From: Nannocystales bacterium
GTDB taxonomy: Bacteria; Myxococcota_A; Polyangia; Nannocystales; Nannocystaceae
Direction of reading: 5' to 3'
Assembly (NCBI GenBank): GCA_050633305.1
Contig: JBOEGF010000006.1
Location: 170,485 to 218,158, forward strand
DNA length: 47,674 nucleotides
The notes beneath the pieces are model-generated. The model was not told the origin of the DNA and made no database searches. It saw nothing but the letters and a program-made list of their open reading frames with translations. Numbering within the stretch: the stretch's first letter is position 1; every line of letters starts with the position of its first letter. This document shows, piece after piece, positions 22,953-31,671 of the stretch. The position numbers were made by a program, and so were the translations under genes.

Positions 22953-25577
22953 TCATCCTCGATACGGGCGCGTCGCCCCGCATCCGTTGCAGCGATGTTC
23001 CACCTCTTGCGGGGAAGAAGGGCCCCGCCCTGTCGCATCCCAGCGCAACGCCACGGCCCCTCGAGGGTGCCCTGGATCGGTGTCGCCCTGCATGCCGACA
23101 TAGCGCGCCCGTGCGCTTGCGTTGTAGCGGCGGCTCCAGCCGAGTGCTTCGTACTTCAGGATCGCGGCGCTGTGCGGGTGCCCGAGCCCCCCGGCATCGA
23201 CCGCATACTCGTGGCTGTTGTCCGTCGGATCGACGCCGTAGGAATATGCGACTTGCCCCCCTTTCAGGTACCGATCCGCTCGGCGTCCAACCGCCAGCGC
23301 GGCCTCCCGTCGACGGGACGCCGAAGCAGCGCCGCGAATGACAGCCTCCACCGCTTCCGCGGAGACGCCCGCCGTGTACCCGGCTGCCCGAGCAGCCGCC
23401 CATCCGGCGGCGAGGATGGCAAAGTCCATCGCGCCTCCGGGTCGGTGGTGCGCAGCCGCGCTCTGTGCAGCCTGAACACGGGCAAGCATCGTCGGGATCC
23501 CTGCTCCGGCCGGCATCGCTCCCAGTGATGTGAATCCGCGGTGCACAGCGTTGTCGTTGTAGGCAGCCCGAGCCGCGTACGTACGGTTCTCAAGCAGGCA
23601 CGCCGTCGCCACCGTGGCCACATCGTTGAGCACACCGTCCCGAGCGCCATAGATGCCCAACTGAACTCGGAAACCGCGTCGTTTCGAGGGCACCAGGCCC
23701 ATGACGTAGTTCCCTGACATGTATGAATAGGCGAACGCGGCGATGTCTCCGGCGTGCGTTGGATTGAGCGCCGGTCCGTGGTGCGTGATCGCATCCGCCG
23801 CAAGGTTGGCGACATGACCGACCAGTTTCCTGGGAACGATCCCCTTCGCACACCGGGCAATGTCCTCGTTGCTCAGCGGTGTGCCGGCACGGGCCCCGGC
23901 AATGCTGGACCGAGCGAGTTCTACGACCGTCTCGACGGGTGACACCCCGATGCTACGGGCAATCGACTCGCAGAAGTGCGCCAGCGCTGCGGCAAGCCCC
24001 ACGACTTGGCTGTCCTGGGTTCGCCAAGCCGCGAGCGCCGAGGCAGCAGCCGCCGCACTGAGTTTCTCGTCGTTGGCCTCCCCTGGATATGCCTCATCCA
24101 CGCAGAGGATTGCCGCCGCCGCCGCCCGAGCCACCCGGGAGACGTGAGCCCGGATGTTTCGACGGGAGTGCTTCGTGCGGCCGCGCTTGAGGCTCAACGC
24201 GGCCAAGGACGCCTCGGCGACCAGGCTTCGACCCGCGCCTGCTCGCGAAGCGCGACGTACGACAGCCATCGCCGTCGACGAGTGCGGAGCCATGGGCATG
24301 TGCACCGCCGAGAGGACCTCACCGCACTCATAGATCGCACCATGGTGCATCGCGGTCATGGCCACGACCTCCGGCGTTTTTCGGGGCCGACGCAATGACG
24401 GAACGAAAGCGAAGTCTGCGTCCCCGGTGAGCAGCACGAATTTCTGCGACGTGCGGAACTTCCCCACATCTGCCGTCAGTGCAGGCAAGGGCGGCCGGGC
24501 TGGACCCAAAGCCCGCCGGACAAGTGCCGGATGCAAGCGAGCCGGAAGCTTGGCGTCCCAGGTGAAGTGGGGAGCGGCGCGCATGCACTGATGACGGCGA
24601 GAGCGGACATTGACCGCCACCACGGCGCCCGTCGCCGCGACAAGCTCTGCACGAATAGCGCCTGGTCCGATCCCTTGTGCCGCGAGGGAGGGGAACGTCG
24701 CAGGGAACGCGCCGAGGTGCACCAGGATACCGACCCCGGTGCGGTGGGCTCGGGCGGCTCGGAGTGCCGCGACTCCACATTCTTGAACCGGCAGATGCGG
24801 CTGTCGGGTCGTGAAGGACTGCGAAGCCGCCAACATGATGACCAACGGCTCGGCCAGGCGAGCGTCCGCGACCGTGTAGCCTTGCGCCGCGTAGTTCCCT
24901 CGCACCCACGCGACCGCCCCGCGAGACCGGCCGATCGCGGCGGCGGACACCGCTGCCACCGGCTGGTTGGGAACGGCCGGCGCAGCATTCACGAATGGAC
25001 GCCGAAACCCATCCTGCACACAAATGAATGCGGCCAACCCCGACCCGTTGGCCTTGTTCGCCGCGTTCGCGTTGCCAAGACACCGCTCGACATACCCCCA
25101 CGGGAACGTCATCGAGCGGGGCAGCGCACGGCCGGCATGACGCTCGCGCGGCCATTGCAACACCTCTCCGCCGGCGTTCCGGATGTCCCGCTTGAGACGC
25201 GTTCCCAGTGCGCTGTGGGCCTGATCGGGCATCAGCCACCGCATCGTGAGGGCCTCCGGGCAGTGGAAGACGTAGTTGTAGTGATCGCGATCCAGATGGC
25301 TGAGAATGATCAGCGGATCATCACATAGACATGGTTTGGTCGGAGGCGCGGGTTGCCTCGCCCGCGTCGTGCTGTACCCCAAGTCGTAGTACGCGAGGAT
25401 ACGCCCATCGGCGCCTACGATCGGGTTGCAGTTACCCTGCCCCACATCCAGGACCCCGACGAACGGTTCGGAGATCGAAGCCCCACACCCACAAACGACA
25501 CCACCGTGGACCGGTGTGTTGCAGGCGTGGCACGTCAGCGACTGCGCGGGATTGTTCTGACCTTGTAGGTACGCCAC
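22953..25577 (-). CDS. ComEC/Rec2-type metallo-beta-lactamase-fold putative nuclease with two large insertions and terminal Cys motifs
   Basis: DVGQG, YDLG, ILSHLDRDH, NGSG, LLTGDA, HHG and SYG...GHP motifs in canonical order; CHAC/CGC at N-terminus, CNGC at C-terminus. Confidence 0.7.
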   Translation of the reverse strand: MAYLQGQNNPAQSLTCHACNTPVHGGVVCGCGASISEPFVGVLDVGQGNCNPIVGADGRILAYYDLGYSTTRARQPAPPTKPCLCDDPLIILSHLDRDHYNYVFHCPEALTMRWLMPDQAHSALGTRLKRDIRNAGGEVLQWPRERHAGRALPRSMTFPWGYVERCLGNANAANKANGSGLAAFICVQDGFRRPFVNAAPAVPNQPVAAVSAAAIGRSRGAVAWVRGNYAAQGYTVADARLAEPLVIMLAASQSFTTRQPHLPVQECGVAALRAARAHRTGVGILVHLGAFPATFPSLAAQGIGPGAIRAELVAATGAVVAVNVRSRRHQCMRAAPHFTWDAKLPARLHPALVRRALGPARPPLPALTADVGKFRTSQKFVLLTGDADFAFVPSLRRPRKTPEVVAMTAMHHGAIYECGEVLSAVHMPMAPHSSTAMAVVRRASRAGAGRSLVAEASLAALSLKRGRTKHSRRNIRAHVSRVARAAAAAILCVDEAYPGEANDEKLSAAAAASALAAWRTQDSQVVGLAAALAHFCESIARSIGVSPVETVVELARSSIAGARAGTPLSNEDIARCAKGIVPRKLVGHVANLAADAITHHGPALNPTHAGDIAAFAYSYMSGNYVMGLVPSKRRGFRVQLGIYGARDGVLNDVATVATACLLENRTYAARAAYNDNAVHRGFTSLGAMPAGAGIPTMLARVQAAQSAAAHHRPGGAMDFAILAAGWAAARAAGYTAGVSAEAVEAVIRGAASASRRREAALAVGRRADRYLKGGQVAYSYGVDPTDNSHEYAVDAGGLGHPHSAAILKYEALGWSRRYNASARARYVGMQGDTDPGHPRGAVALRWDATGRGPSSPQEVEHRCNGCGATRPYRG

Positions 25578-25580
25578 GGG

Positions 25581-26270
25581 TCAGCCTTGGTCGTCGCCCG
25601 AGTTGAGCGCGTGAAGAACCGGCTGCGCCACCGGCGGGTCAAGCTCCAAGAAACGCGGGGGCAACTCGCGGATCCTCGACAGTGTATAGGCGCCTCGGTC
25701 CTCGAACTCAGTCTCTGCACCGCGCTGAAGCAACAGAGGTGCTGTCAGCGTCGCCCCCTCCCCCGCAGCGGGAGAGAACGACAGATGATACCAAGCACCG
25801 CTCTCGGGAGGACGCTCGATGCCATACCGGTGGACCCAGTCGTCCGCATCGACCACAACATCGAACAGCACGTTGTCTGGCGGATGGCCGTCGAAATACC
25901 GGTTGTAGCCGGCCCGGATTGCACGAAGCACGACGCGGTGTGCCGGAGCGAAGCTCTCCCATGCGTCCGCGAACGTGGCTCCCTGCAACAGGTGACGGAG
26001 CCGCCCAAAGTCATCGCCGAGGGCCTCGAGCGCATCGTGCAACCACGACGCGAGCACGCATTCGAAGTCCAGTGTCCAAGGCCCGTGCGCCTCTCCCTCC
26101 ACAGATCCGAGGAATCCATACGTCTCGATGAGCTGTTCAACGTGGTTGGCCTGCTCAGCGTTGCGGGCCACGTGATGGGCATCCGCGTGTTCGGGCGCAA
26201 TGACGGCCTGGCCCAGCACGGGATCGGGAGCCGGGTTTGCTGGCGGCGCGGTCTGTGTCGTACGCGGCAT
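25581..26270 (-). CDS. Hypothetical protein (229 aa), in frame with the downstream MBL gene
   Basis: ATG 26270; globular-looking composition; separated from the next ORF by only TGA-CCC. Confidence 0.6.
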   Translation of the reverse strand: MPRTTQTAPPANPAPDPVLGQAVIAPEHADAHHVARNAEQANHVEQLIETYGFLGSVEGEAHGPWTLDFECVLASWLHDALEALGDDFGRLRHLLQGATFADAWESFAPAHRVVLRAIRAGYNRYFDGHPPDNVLFDVVVDADDWVHRYGIERPPESGAWYHLSFSPAAGEGATLTAPLLLQRGAETEFEDRGAYTLSRIRELPPRFLELDPPVAQPVLHALNSGDDQG

Positions 26271-26713
26271 AAAAAATAGGGAGAGGCTCTTACACCCACA
26301 CCGGACCCTGGGAACGGATCCACCCCGAAGGGTGGGTCGGCCCATGCCAGCCGCCTCACATCAAGTGCAAGGTCGGCCCGTCTCCCCTCACCCTGGCACT
26401 CCCGCGTCTGCACTTTTTGGCATTGGGAATACCTGGCGGGCGGTCTTGGACTCCCGCCTATGAATGTACAGATTCTAGAATGCGATGCAAGAGACCTTCG
26501 AGCAGCTGAAATCGATCTGAGATAGCCGGCGTCGGCCTCGACGGTTGAAATCGCCGTGGGCTCGACCCCGGGCCTCCTTGCCAACGACGACACGCCGAGG
26601 ACCAGGAACAAGAACGCCGCGTCAACTCCCGGGACTCGACCTCCCCCTCCCTGGAACAAGCCCACCTGAAGCGGCTGCAACACGGGTGGGACATACGGTG
26701 GCCCGCCTCGGCT

Positions 26714-28021
26714 TCACTGGCCTGCGGGGGGACTGAGCCACCGTGGTGGGTCCTCGGCCCTCGCCTGCGCCAGCGCTTGCGCGGCGGACATCATCTCCGG
26801 CGGCCAAGGCTCACGAACGATCTCAAACGTGCCGTGGTCGAAGGGCTGGTTGGGAGCGGCCGTCTTCGGCGCAAGCCGCTCTCGGTCGCCCTCACGCAGC
26901 AGCTCCAACGCGCGGTGGTGGCAGTACGGATTGTTGCCACGCTTGCCGGTGAGTACGTGTCCGGTCCACGTACAGCCCGACATGCACTCCTGCTTGTAGT
27001 AGCAGGTGCCGCAATACCCCCACAGCTCGGTCACAGGGCGCTCACGGGTGAAGCGAAGCGCGGAGCTTCGCTCCCAGATGTCGAGCAGCGCATGGTCGCG
27101 AATGTTGCCACCAGTGTACGCGGCGGTCGGCAAAGAGGGGCAGCCTTTGATGTCGCCGTTGGCCTCGACGCCCAGGGTGTCGCGGCCGGCTCCGCACGAC
27201 GCCGTATGCATGCCCTGCTCGTCTCGCCTTAGCATCGACTCGTAGGGCCCGAAGTAACCGATGTTGGTGCCCGGCCAGAAGACAACCCCGGCTTCGTCAC
27301 ATCGCCGTTGCATGCGGGCGACCATCGGCATGACCTCGATCATCTGCCATGGTTGCAACAGCAGGTCGGGATCGTCGGCCGCCCGCCCCATCGCCACGGT
27401 CAGCTGGACCTGCCAGCTATGGACACCCAGCGGCTTGATCACGTCGAAGAGCGGCACGACCTCGCGGAGGTTGGTCGCACAGATCTGAGTGTTGACCGAG
27501 ACCGGCACCCCTACCTCTGTCAGCGCTTCGAGGGCTCCCAGGGCTGCCGCATGAGAGCCGCGGACGGCCCGGAGATGATCATGGGTCGCCTGCAGCCCGT
27601 CGACCGACACCGACACCGTCGAGATCCCCACGTCTGCCATCGCCTGGGCGCGCGCCCGGTCGATTCCGCGTCCCCCGGTGGTCACGGAGGTGTCCACGCC
27701 GCGCTCGATGAGTGTTGCGGCGATCTCCAGCCAGTCCTCCCGGAGGTAGGCCTCACCACCGATGAGGGTGATCGAGTCCAACCCGAGGTCCGCGATCTGG
27801 TGCGCGAGGTCCAGCGCCTCGGCGGTCGAGAGCTCATCGGGACGCGCGTGCCCTGCTCGTGACCCGCAGTGTCGACAGGCGAGGTCACACTTGAGCGTGA
27901 CCTCCCAGACCGCATACGACGGCCGGACCGCATCGACCGCGCGCACGGTCGAGTCCAACGGCCGATCGCGCACCGCAGGAGGGCCAGGGGGAGCGATCGG
28001 CAGAGAGCGACGGCGCATCAC
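26714..28021 (-). CDS. Radical SAM/SPASM peptide maturase (splicease-like)
   Basis: AVWEVTLKCDLACRHCGSRAG (CxxxCxxC), IGGEAYLR, NIGYFGPYE, SPASM CGAG...GDIKGCPSL...CGTCYY..ECMSGC...NNPYCHHR; start overlaps the upstream stop (GTGA). Confidence 0.9.
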   Translation of the reverse strand: MMRRRSLPIAPPGPPAVRDRPLDSTVRAVDAVRPSYAVWEVTLKCDLACRHCGSRAGHARPDELSTAEALDLAHQIADLGLDSITLIGGEAYLREDWLEIAATLIERGVDTSVTTGGRGIDRARAQAMADVGISTVSVSVDGLQATHDHLRAVRGSHAAALGALEALTEVGVPVSVNTQICATNLREVVPLFDVIKPLGVHSWQVQLTVAMGRAADDPDLLLQPWQMIEVMPMVARMQRRCDEAGVVFWPGTNIGYFGPYESMLRRDEQGMHTASCGAGRDTLGVEANGDIKGCPSLPTAAYTGGNIRDHALLDIWERSSALRFTRERPVTELWGYCGTCYYKQECMSGCTWTGHVLTGKRGNNPYCHHRALELLREGDRERLAPKTAAPNQPFDHGTFEIVREPWPPEMMSAAQALAQARAEDPPRWLSPPAGQ

Positions 28022-28584
28022 GGCTTCTTCGGAGCTGGCTTGGGCTTCGCAGGCCGAGGCGGCGCCCCGTACTTGGTCTTGTGCTTGCGAGGCGGCGGCG
28101 TGGGTGCCGGTGGTTTCTCGATCCCTGGGTTGTCCGGTCGTGGCGGCGCTCCGTACTTCCGCGCAGGCCTCGTGTCGGGAACGATGGGAGTCTGCGTCCC
28201 ATCGGGGTCGGTGTTCTCGCCACCTTCCGCCTCCGAAGGCGCCGAGTCCTGCGCCTCGGGCTCGGGCTCAGGCTTGTTCGGCTCAGGCTCAGGCTTGTCC
28301 GGCTCGGGCTCGGGCTCGCCGGGGTCGTGACCGCTTGGGTCTGGAATCGCGGAGTCGAGTTCGACCGGCTCCCCTTTCGTCGGGTCGCTCGGGGTTGCGC
28401 CGAAATCGGCGGCGCCGGGCGTTTGCGGCACCCCATAACAGGCGGCCAGCCCCAGCGGCATCATCGCGGTGAGTACCGCCGCCTTCCAGATGTGCGCCGT
28501 CGTCTTCGGACGCTTCCCGCAAAACGGACACTCCTCGCCATCGCGAACGTGCCTTTGGCAACCCGCACAAACCGTCAGAGCCAT
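28018..28584 (-). CDS. Putative maturase substrate B: Zn-ribbon leader + lipoprotein with YG motifs
   Basis: MALTVCAGCQRHV...CPFC; LGLAA-C-YGVP; Pro/Glu linker; two KYGAPPRP motifs. Confidence 0.75.
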   Translation of the reverse strand: MALTVCAGCQRHVRDGEECPFCGKRPKTTAHIWKAAVLTAMMPLGLAACYGVPQTPGAADFGATPSDPTKGEPVELDSAIPDPSGHDPGEPEPEPDKPEPEPNKPEPEPEAQDSAPSEAEGGENTDPDGTQTPIVPDTRPARKYGAPPRPDNPGIEKPPAPTPPPRKHKTKYGAPPRPAKPKPAPKKP

Positions 28585-28674
28585 GCCGACATCATACATC
28601 CACCCAAGCGACAACGGGACGCAAAGCGAGTCCGGCGCTCCGCGTCGGGGTAGACGCAGGGCCACCGGGTCGGA

Positions 28675-29163
28675 TCAATCCCCGGGGGTCGGTTTCGGCG
28701 GGCTCGGGACCGGCTTGGGGCGCGGCGGCGCGCCATACTTGGGCTTGGGCCGCGGCGGCGCACCATACTTCGTCGCGCGCCGCGGTTCTTTGACGAGCGG
28801 AGACTCGGTCCCGTCGGGCTCGGTGTTCTCGCCCCCCGCAGCGTCGGCCTCGCCGGGATCATGTCCGCTGGGGTCAGGCTCGGCCGAATCGAGTTCTGGC
28901 GTCGTGGGCTTTGGAGTTTCTGGTTTCGTCGGGGGTTTCGTCGGCACGGTTTCGGGCTCGGCGTCGCGGACCGACGGCTTCGCATCCACGGCTCCCTCGG
29001 TCGCCGGCTCGCCGCTGCAGCCCGCCAATCCCAGCGGGAGCATCGCAGCGAGCATCGCGGCTCTCCAGTCGTGAACGACCGTGCGCGGTCGAGTGCCACA
29101 AAACGGGCACACGTCTGAACCGCGAACGTGTCGGCGACAGCCACCGCAAACCGTGAGACTCAT
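28675..29163 (-). CDS. Putative maturase substrate A: Zn-ribbon leader + lipoprotein with tandem KYGAPPRP
   Basis: MSLTVCGGCRRHV...CPFC; LGLAG-C; paralogous to B (ELDSA.PDPSGHDPGE, GGENT.PDGT). Confidence 0.75.
   Translation of the reverse strand: MSLTVCGGCRRHVRGSDVCPFCGTRPRTVVHDWRAAMLAAMLPLGLAGCSGEPATEGAVDAKPSVRDAEPETVPTKPPTKPETPKPTTPELDSAEPDPSGHDPGEADAAGGENTEPDGTESPLVKEPRRATKYGAPPRPKPKYGAPPRPKPVPSPPKPTPGD
28711..28770. repeat. 30-bp tandem duplication encoding KYGAPPRPKP x2
   Basis: 28711-28740 vs 28741-28770 match at 27/30 nt. Confidence 0.9.
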
Positions 29164-29252
29164 GCGCCGATCATACGGGCCCACAGCGGCAGTTTCAGCA
29201 CCGGCAGCGTTGACACCCCCGCGACCTCGCGGTAGGTCCCCGGCGCAACCGA

Positions 29253-29275
29253 GTTCACTTCAAAATGAAATGAAC
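29253..29275. promoter_or_regulatory. Palindromic putative operator upstream of the GbsR/MarR gene
   Basis: GTTCACTTCA-AAA-TGAAATGAAC (9/10 arm match), AT-rich, downstream of TTGACA at 29210. Confidence 0.55.
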
Positions 29276-29297
29276 CCCGCGCGAAATTGCACAGCCC

Positions 29298-29882
29298 ATG
29301 ACCCCGCAACTTCACGACGCCGACAGCGCGCTCGCGTTCGCCCAGGACGAACTGGCGGACGTATTCGGCAATATCGCGGCGTTTTGGGGCTTCACCAAGA
29401 CCCAGGGCCGCATCTACGGCCTGCTGTTCCTGTCTGAGTCGCCGATGAGCCACGGCGACATCCAGCGGCGCCTCAGCATCAGCGCGGGCTCCACCAGCAT
29501 GACGCTCTCCTCGCTGGTCCAGTGGGGCGTGCTTCGACGCGACGGTCGGCTGTACGTCGCCGAGACCGACATGTGGAAGGTGATCACCGGCGTGTTCCGT
29601 CGGCGCGAGCGCGATCAGATCGACACGGCGATCGTGCGGGTCGACCGGATCGCTGCCGCGCTCTCCTCCCTTGAGGCCCCCTCGAAGGCCTCGGCATTCG
29701 CGCTCACGCGTGTCCGGCAGCTGTCCGAGTTTTTCAGCCTCGGTCGGCGCTTCATCGACGCGTTCATCTCCCGCGGGCCAGTCCGCGATCTGCTCACCAA
29801 CATCGCGACCCGGGCCGCCACCTTCGGCACCCGAAACCCAACATCCGCCACTTTGGAGCCCGATGCCCCGCTCGGCCACTGA
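29298..29882 (+). CDS. GbsR/MarR-family transcriptional regulator
   Basis: FG..A.FWGF....GRIYGLLFLS..P....DI...L.IS.GS.S..L..L.QWG winged-HTH pattern. Confidence 0.85.
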   Translation: MTPQLHDADSALAFAQDELADVFGNIAAFWGFTKTQGRIYGLLFLSESPMSHGDIQRRLSISAGSTSMTLSSLVQWGVLRRDGRLYVAETDMWKVITGVFRRRERDQIDTAIVRVDRIAAALSSLEAPSKASAFALTRVRQLSEFFSLGRRFIDAFISRGPVRDLLTNIATRAATFGTRNPTSATLEPDAPLGH

Positions 29883-30906
29883 ACTCTCGACCCCGCCCCG
29901 TCCCGCGGTCCCCTCGAACACGCAGGCTGCGTTTCTCGCGGGGTGCATCGGCATGGTCGCCGAAGACTTGGCCGCCGCCGAGACGCGGCTACAGACGTTG
30001 ATGCACTCGGACATCACCGTGATCCCCGACGCCGCCGGGCACCTCGCCTTCGCCGGTGGAAAGCGACTGCGCCCGCTGCTGGCCTTGTTGTGTGCGCAGG
30101 CCGCAGGTGTCACTGACCCCGATCGCATCACCGTCGCCGCCGTGGGCGAGCTCCTGCACACCGCCACATTGCTGCACGACGACGTCATCGACGAAGGCGA
30201 GTTCCGGCGCGGGCGCCCCTGCCCTCGCATCGTGCATGGCAATGGCATCTCGGTCCTCACCGGCGACTTCTGCCTGTCTCGCTCTCTGCAAGCCGTGGCC
30301 AACACCGGCCACATCGACGCGGTGCAGTCGATGGCCAACACCGTCATGCGCATGGCCGAGGGAGAGGTCGCACAGCTGTACGGAGCCGGCGGCGCGGCGC
30401 TGGATCGCGACCACTACAACATGATCATCGAGCGCAAGACGGCCACGCTCATCGCGTGGTGCTCGCAGGTTGGGTGCTTGGCGCGGCCCGAAGACCGCGA
30501 GCCCCTTCGGCGCTTCGGCATGGAGCTCGGCTACGCGTTTCAGATCGCCGACGACCTGCTCGACTACGGCATTCGCAACGCTTCGGGTCCTGGCGAGACG
30601 GGCAAAAACCCTGGCCAAGACCTCCGAGAAGGCAAGTGGACGCTTCCCTTGCTGCTCGCGTGTGAGGCCGACCCACAGCTGCACGCCGACGTGCTCGAAG
30701 CGTTCGATGCCGGGCCGCCCATGGCCGAGGCCACCGCGACCGACATCGTCCAGCGGGTCCTGGCCAGCGATGGTGTCGCGGCCGCGCGCACCATCGCCGA
30801 CCAACATGCCGACGCTGCCGCCGAGGCGCTCAGCGCCCTTCCGCCCAGCGCGGCCCGCGAGGCCCTGCAGCAGATCCCCAGCTACGTCGTTCGGAGAACC
30901 AACTAG
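29863..30906 (+). CDS. Polyprenyl diphosphate synthase (IspB/HepT-like)
   Basis: GGKRLRP, LLHDDVID (FARM), FQIADDLLD (SARM), GKNPGQDLREGK; ATG 29863 after GGAG. Confidence 0.92.
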   Translation: MPRSATELSTPPRPAVPSNTQAAFLAGCIGMVAEDLAAAETRLQTLMHSDITVIPDAAGHLAFAGGKRLRPLLALLCAQAAGVTDPDRITVAAVGELLHTATLLHDDVIDEGEFRRGRPCPRIVHGNGISVLTGDFCLSRSLQAVANTGHIDAVQSMANTVMRMAEGEVAQLYGAGGAALDRDHYNMIIERKTATLIAWCSQVGCLARPEDREPLRRFGMELGYAFQIADDLLDYGIRNASGPGETGKNPGQDLREGKWTLPLLLACEADPQLHADVLEAFDAGPPMAEATATDIVQRVLASDGVAAARTIADQHADAAAEALSALPPSAAREALQQIPSYVVRRTN

Positions 30907-31671
30907 ATGACCAGCACGACCCCCTCCGTCCGAACCGTCGACGAGCACGGCGACCGCGTCCAAGGCATGTTCGATCGGATCGCGCACGGCTACGACCGCG
31001 CGAACCGCCTGATGAGCCTGGGCATCGACGTCCGTTGGCGCAACGATGCCGTCCGGGACCTGTTGCCCAAGGACATGCCGGCAGACCGCCGTGCCCAGGT
31101 TCTGGATCTTTGCGCGGGCACCATGGACAGCAGCGTCGAGATCCATCGGCAGTACCCGCAGGCCGACATTGTCGCCGGCGACTTCGCCGAGGAGATGCTG
31201 GCCAAAGGCGCTCACAAGCTCACCGGTGCGGTCGGCGAACGCATCACCGCGCAGCCGATGGATGCCCACGAGCTGCCGTTCGAGGACGACAGCCTCGACG
31301 CGATCTTCTGCGCGTTTGGTGTACGCAACGTGTCCGACCTCCCGCGAGCCACGGCCCAACAGGCCCGCGCGCTTCGCCCGGGCGGCCGCCTCACCATTCT
31401 CGAGTTCTTCCGCCCCACCTCGGGCCTCTCTCGGTTCCTGCACACCGCCTACAACCGCACCGTGCTGCCGGTCGTTGGTTGGGCCGCGACGGGGGACCTC
31501 GACGCCTACACATACCTGCCCAAGAGCATCGGCAAGTTCGAGACCGTGGGCGCCTACGAGACCCTGCTAACCGAGCAAGGCTTCACGAACGTTTCGATCA
31601 CCAAGCTCACGATGGGCATGGCCTGGATCGTCCGTGCCGAGTTGCCCACCGCTTCGCCGGAGACGACGTGA
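30907..31671 (+). CDS. menG: Demethylmenaquinone methyltransferase (UbiE/MenG)
   Basis: MFDRIA..YDRANRLMSLG, VLDLCAGT, FGVRNV, LRPGGRL.ILEF, Y.YLP.SI. Confidence 0.88.
   Translation: MTSTTPSVRTVDEHGDRVQGMFDRIAHGYDRANRLMSLGIDVRWRNDAVRDLLPKDMPADRRAQVLDLCAGTMDSSVEIHRQYPQADIVAGDFAEEMLAKGAHKLTGAVGERITAQPMDAHELPFEDDSLDAIFCAFGVRNVSDLPRATAQQARALRPGGRLTILEFFRPTSGLSRFLHTAYNRTVLPVVGWAATGDLDAYTYLPKSIGKFETVGAYETLLTEQGFTNVSITKLTMGMAWIVRAELPTASPETT

Noticed and set aside
25530..25583. Selenocysteine recoding of the in-frame UGA
   Set aside because: Only a 4-bp stem (ACCT-ACA-AGGT) follows; no convincing SECIS or redox-motif context
26393..26412. Sigma-54 promoter (TGGCAC...TGCA)
   Set aside because: GG-to-GC spacing does not fit the -24/-12 rule
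28018..29163. Repeats as a CRISPR array
   Set aside because: The repeats are in-frame coding units with synonymous differences, with no repeat-spacer periodicity and no cas genes
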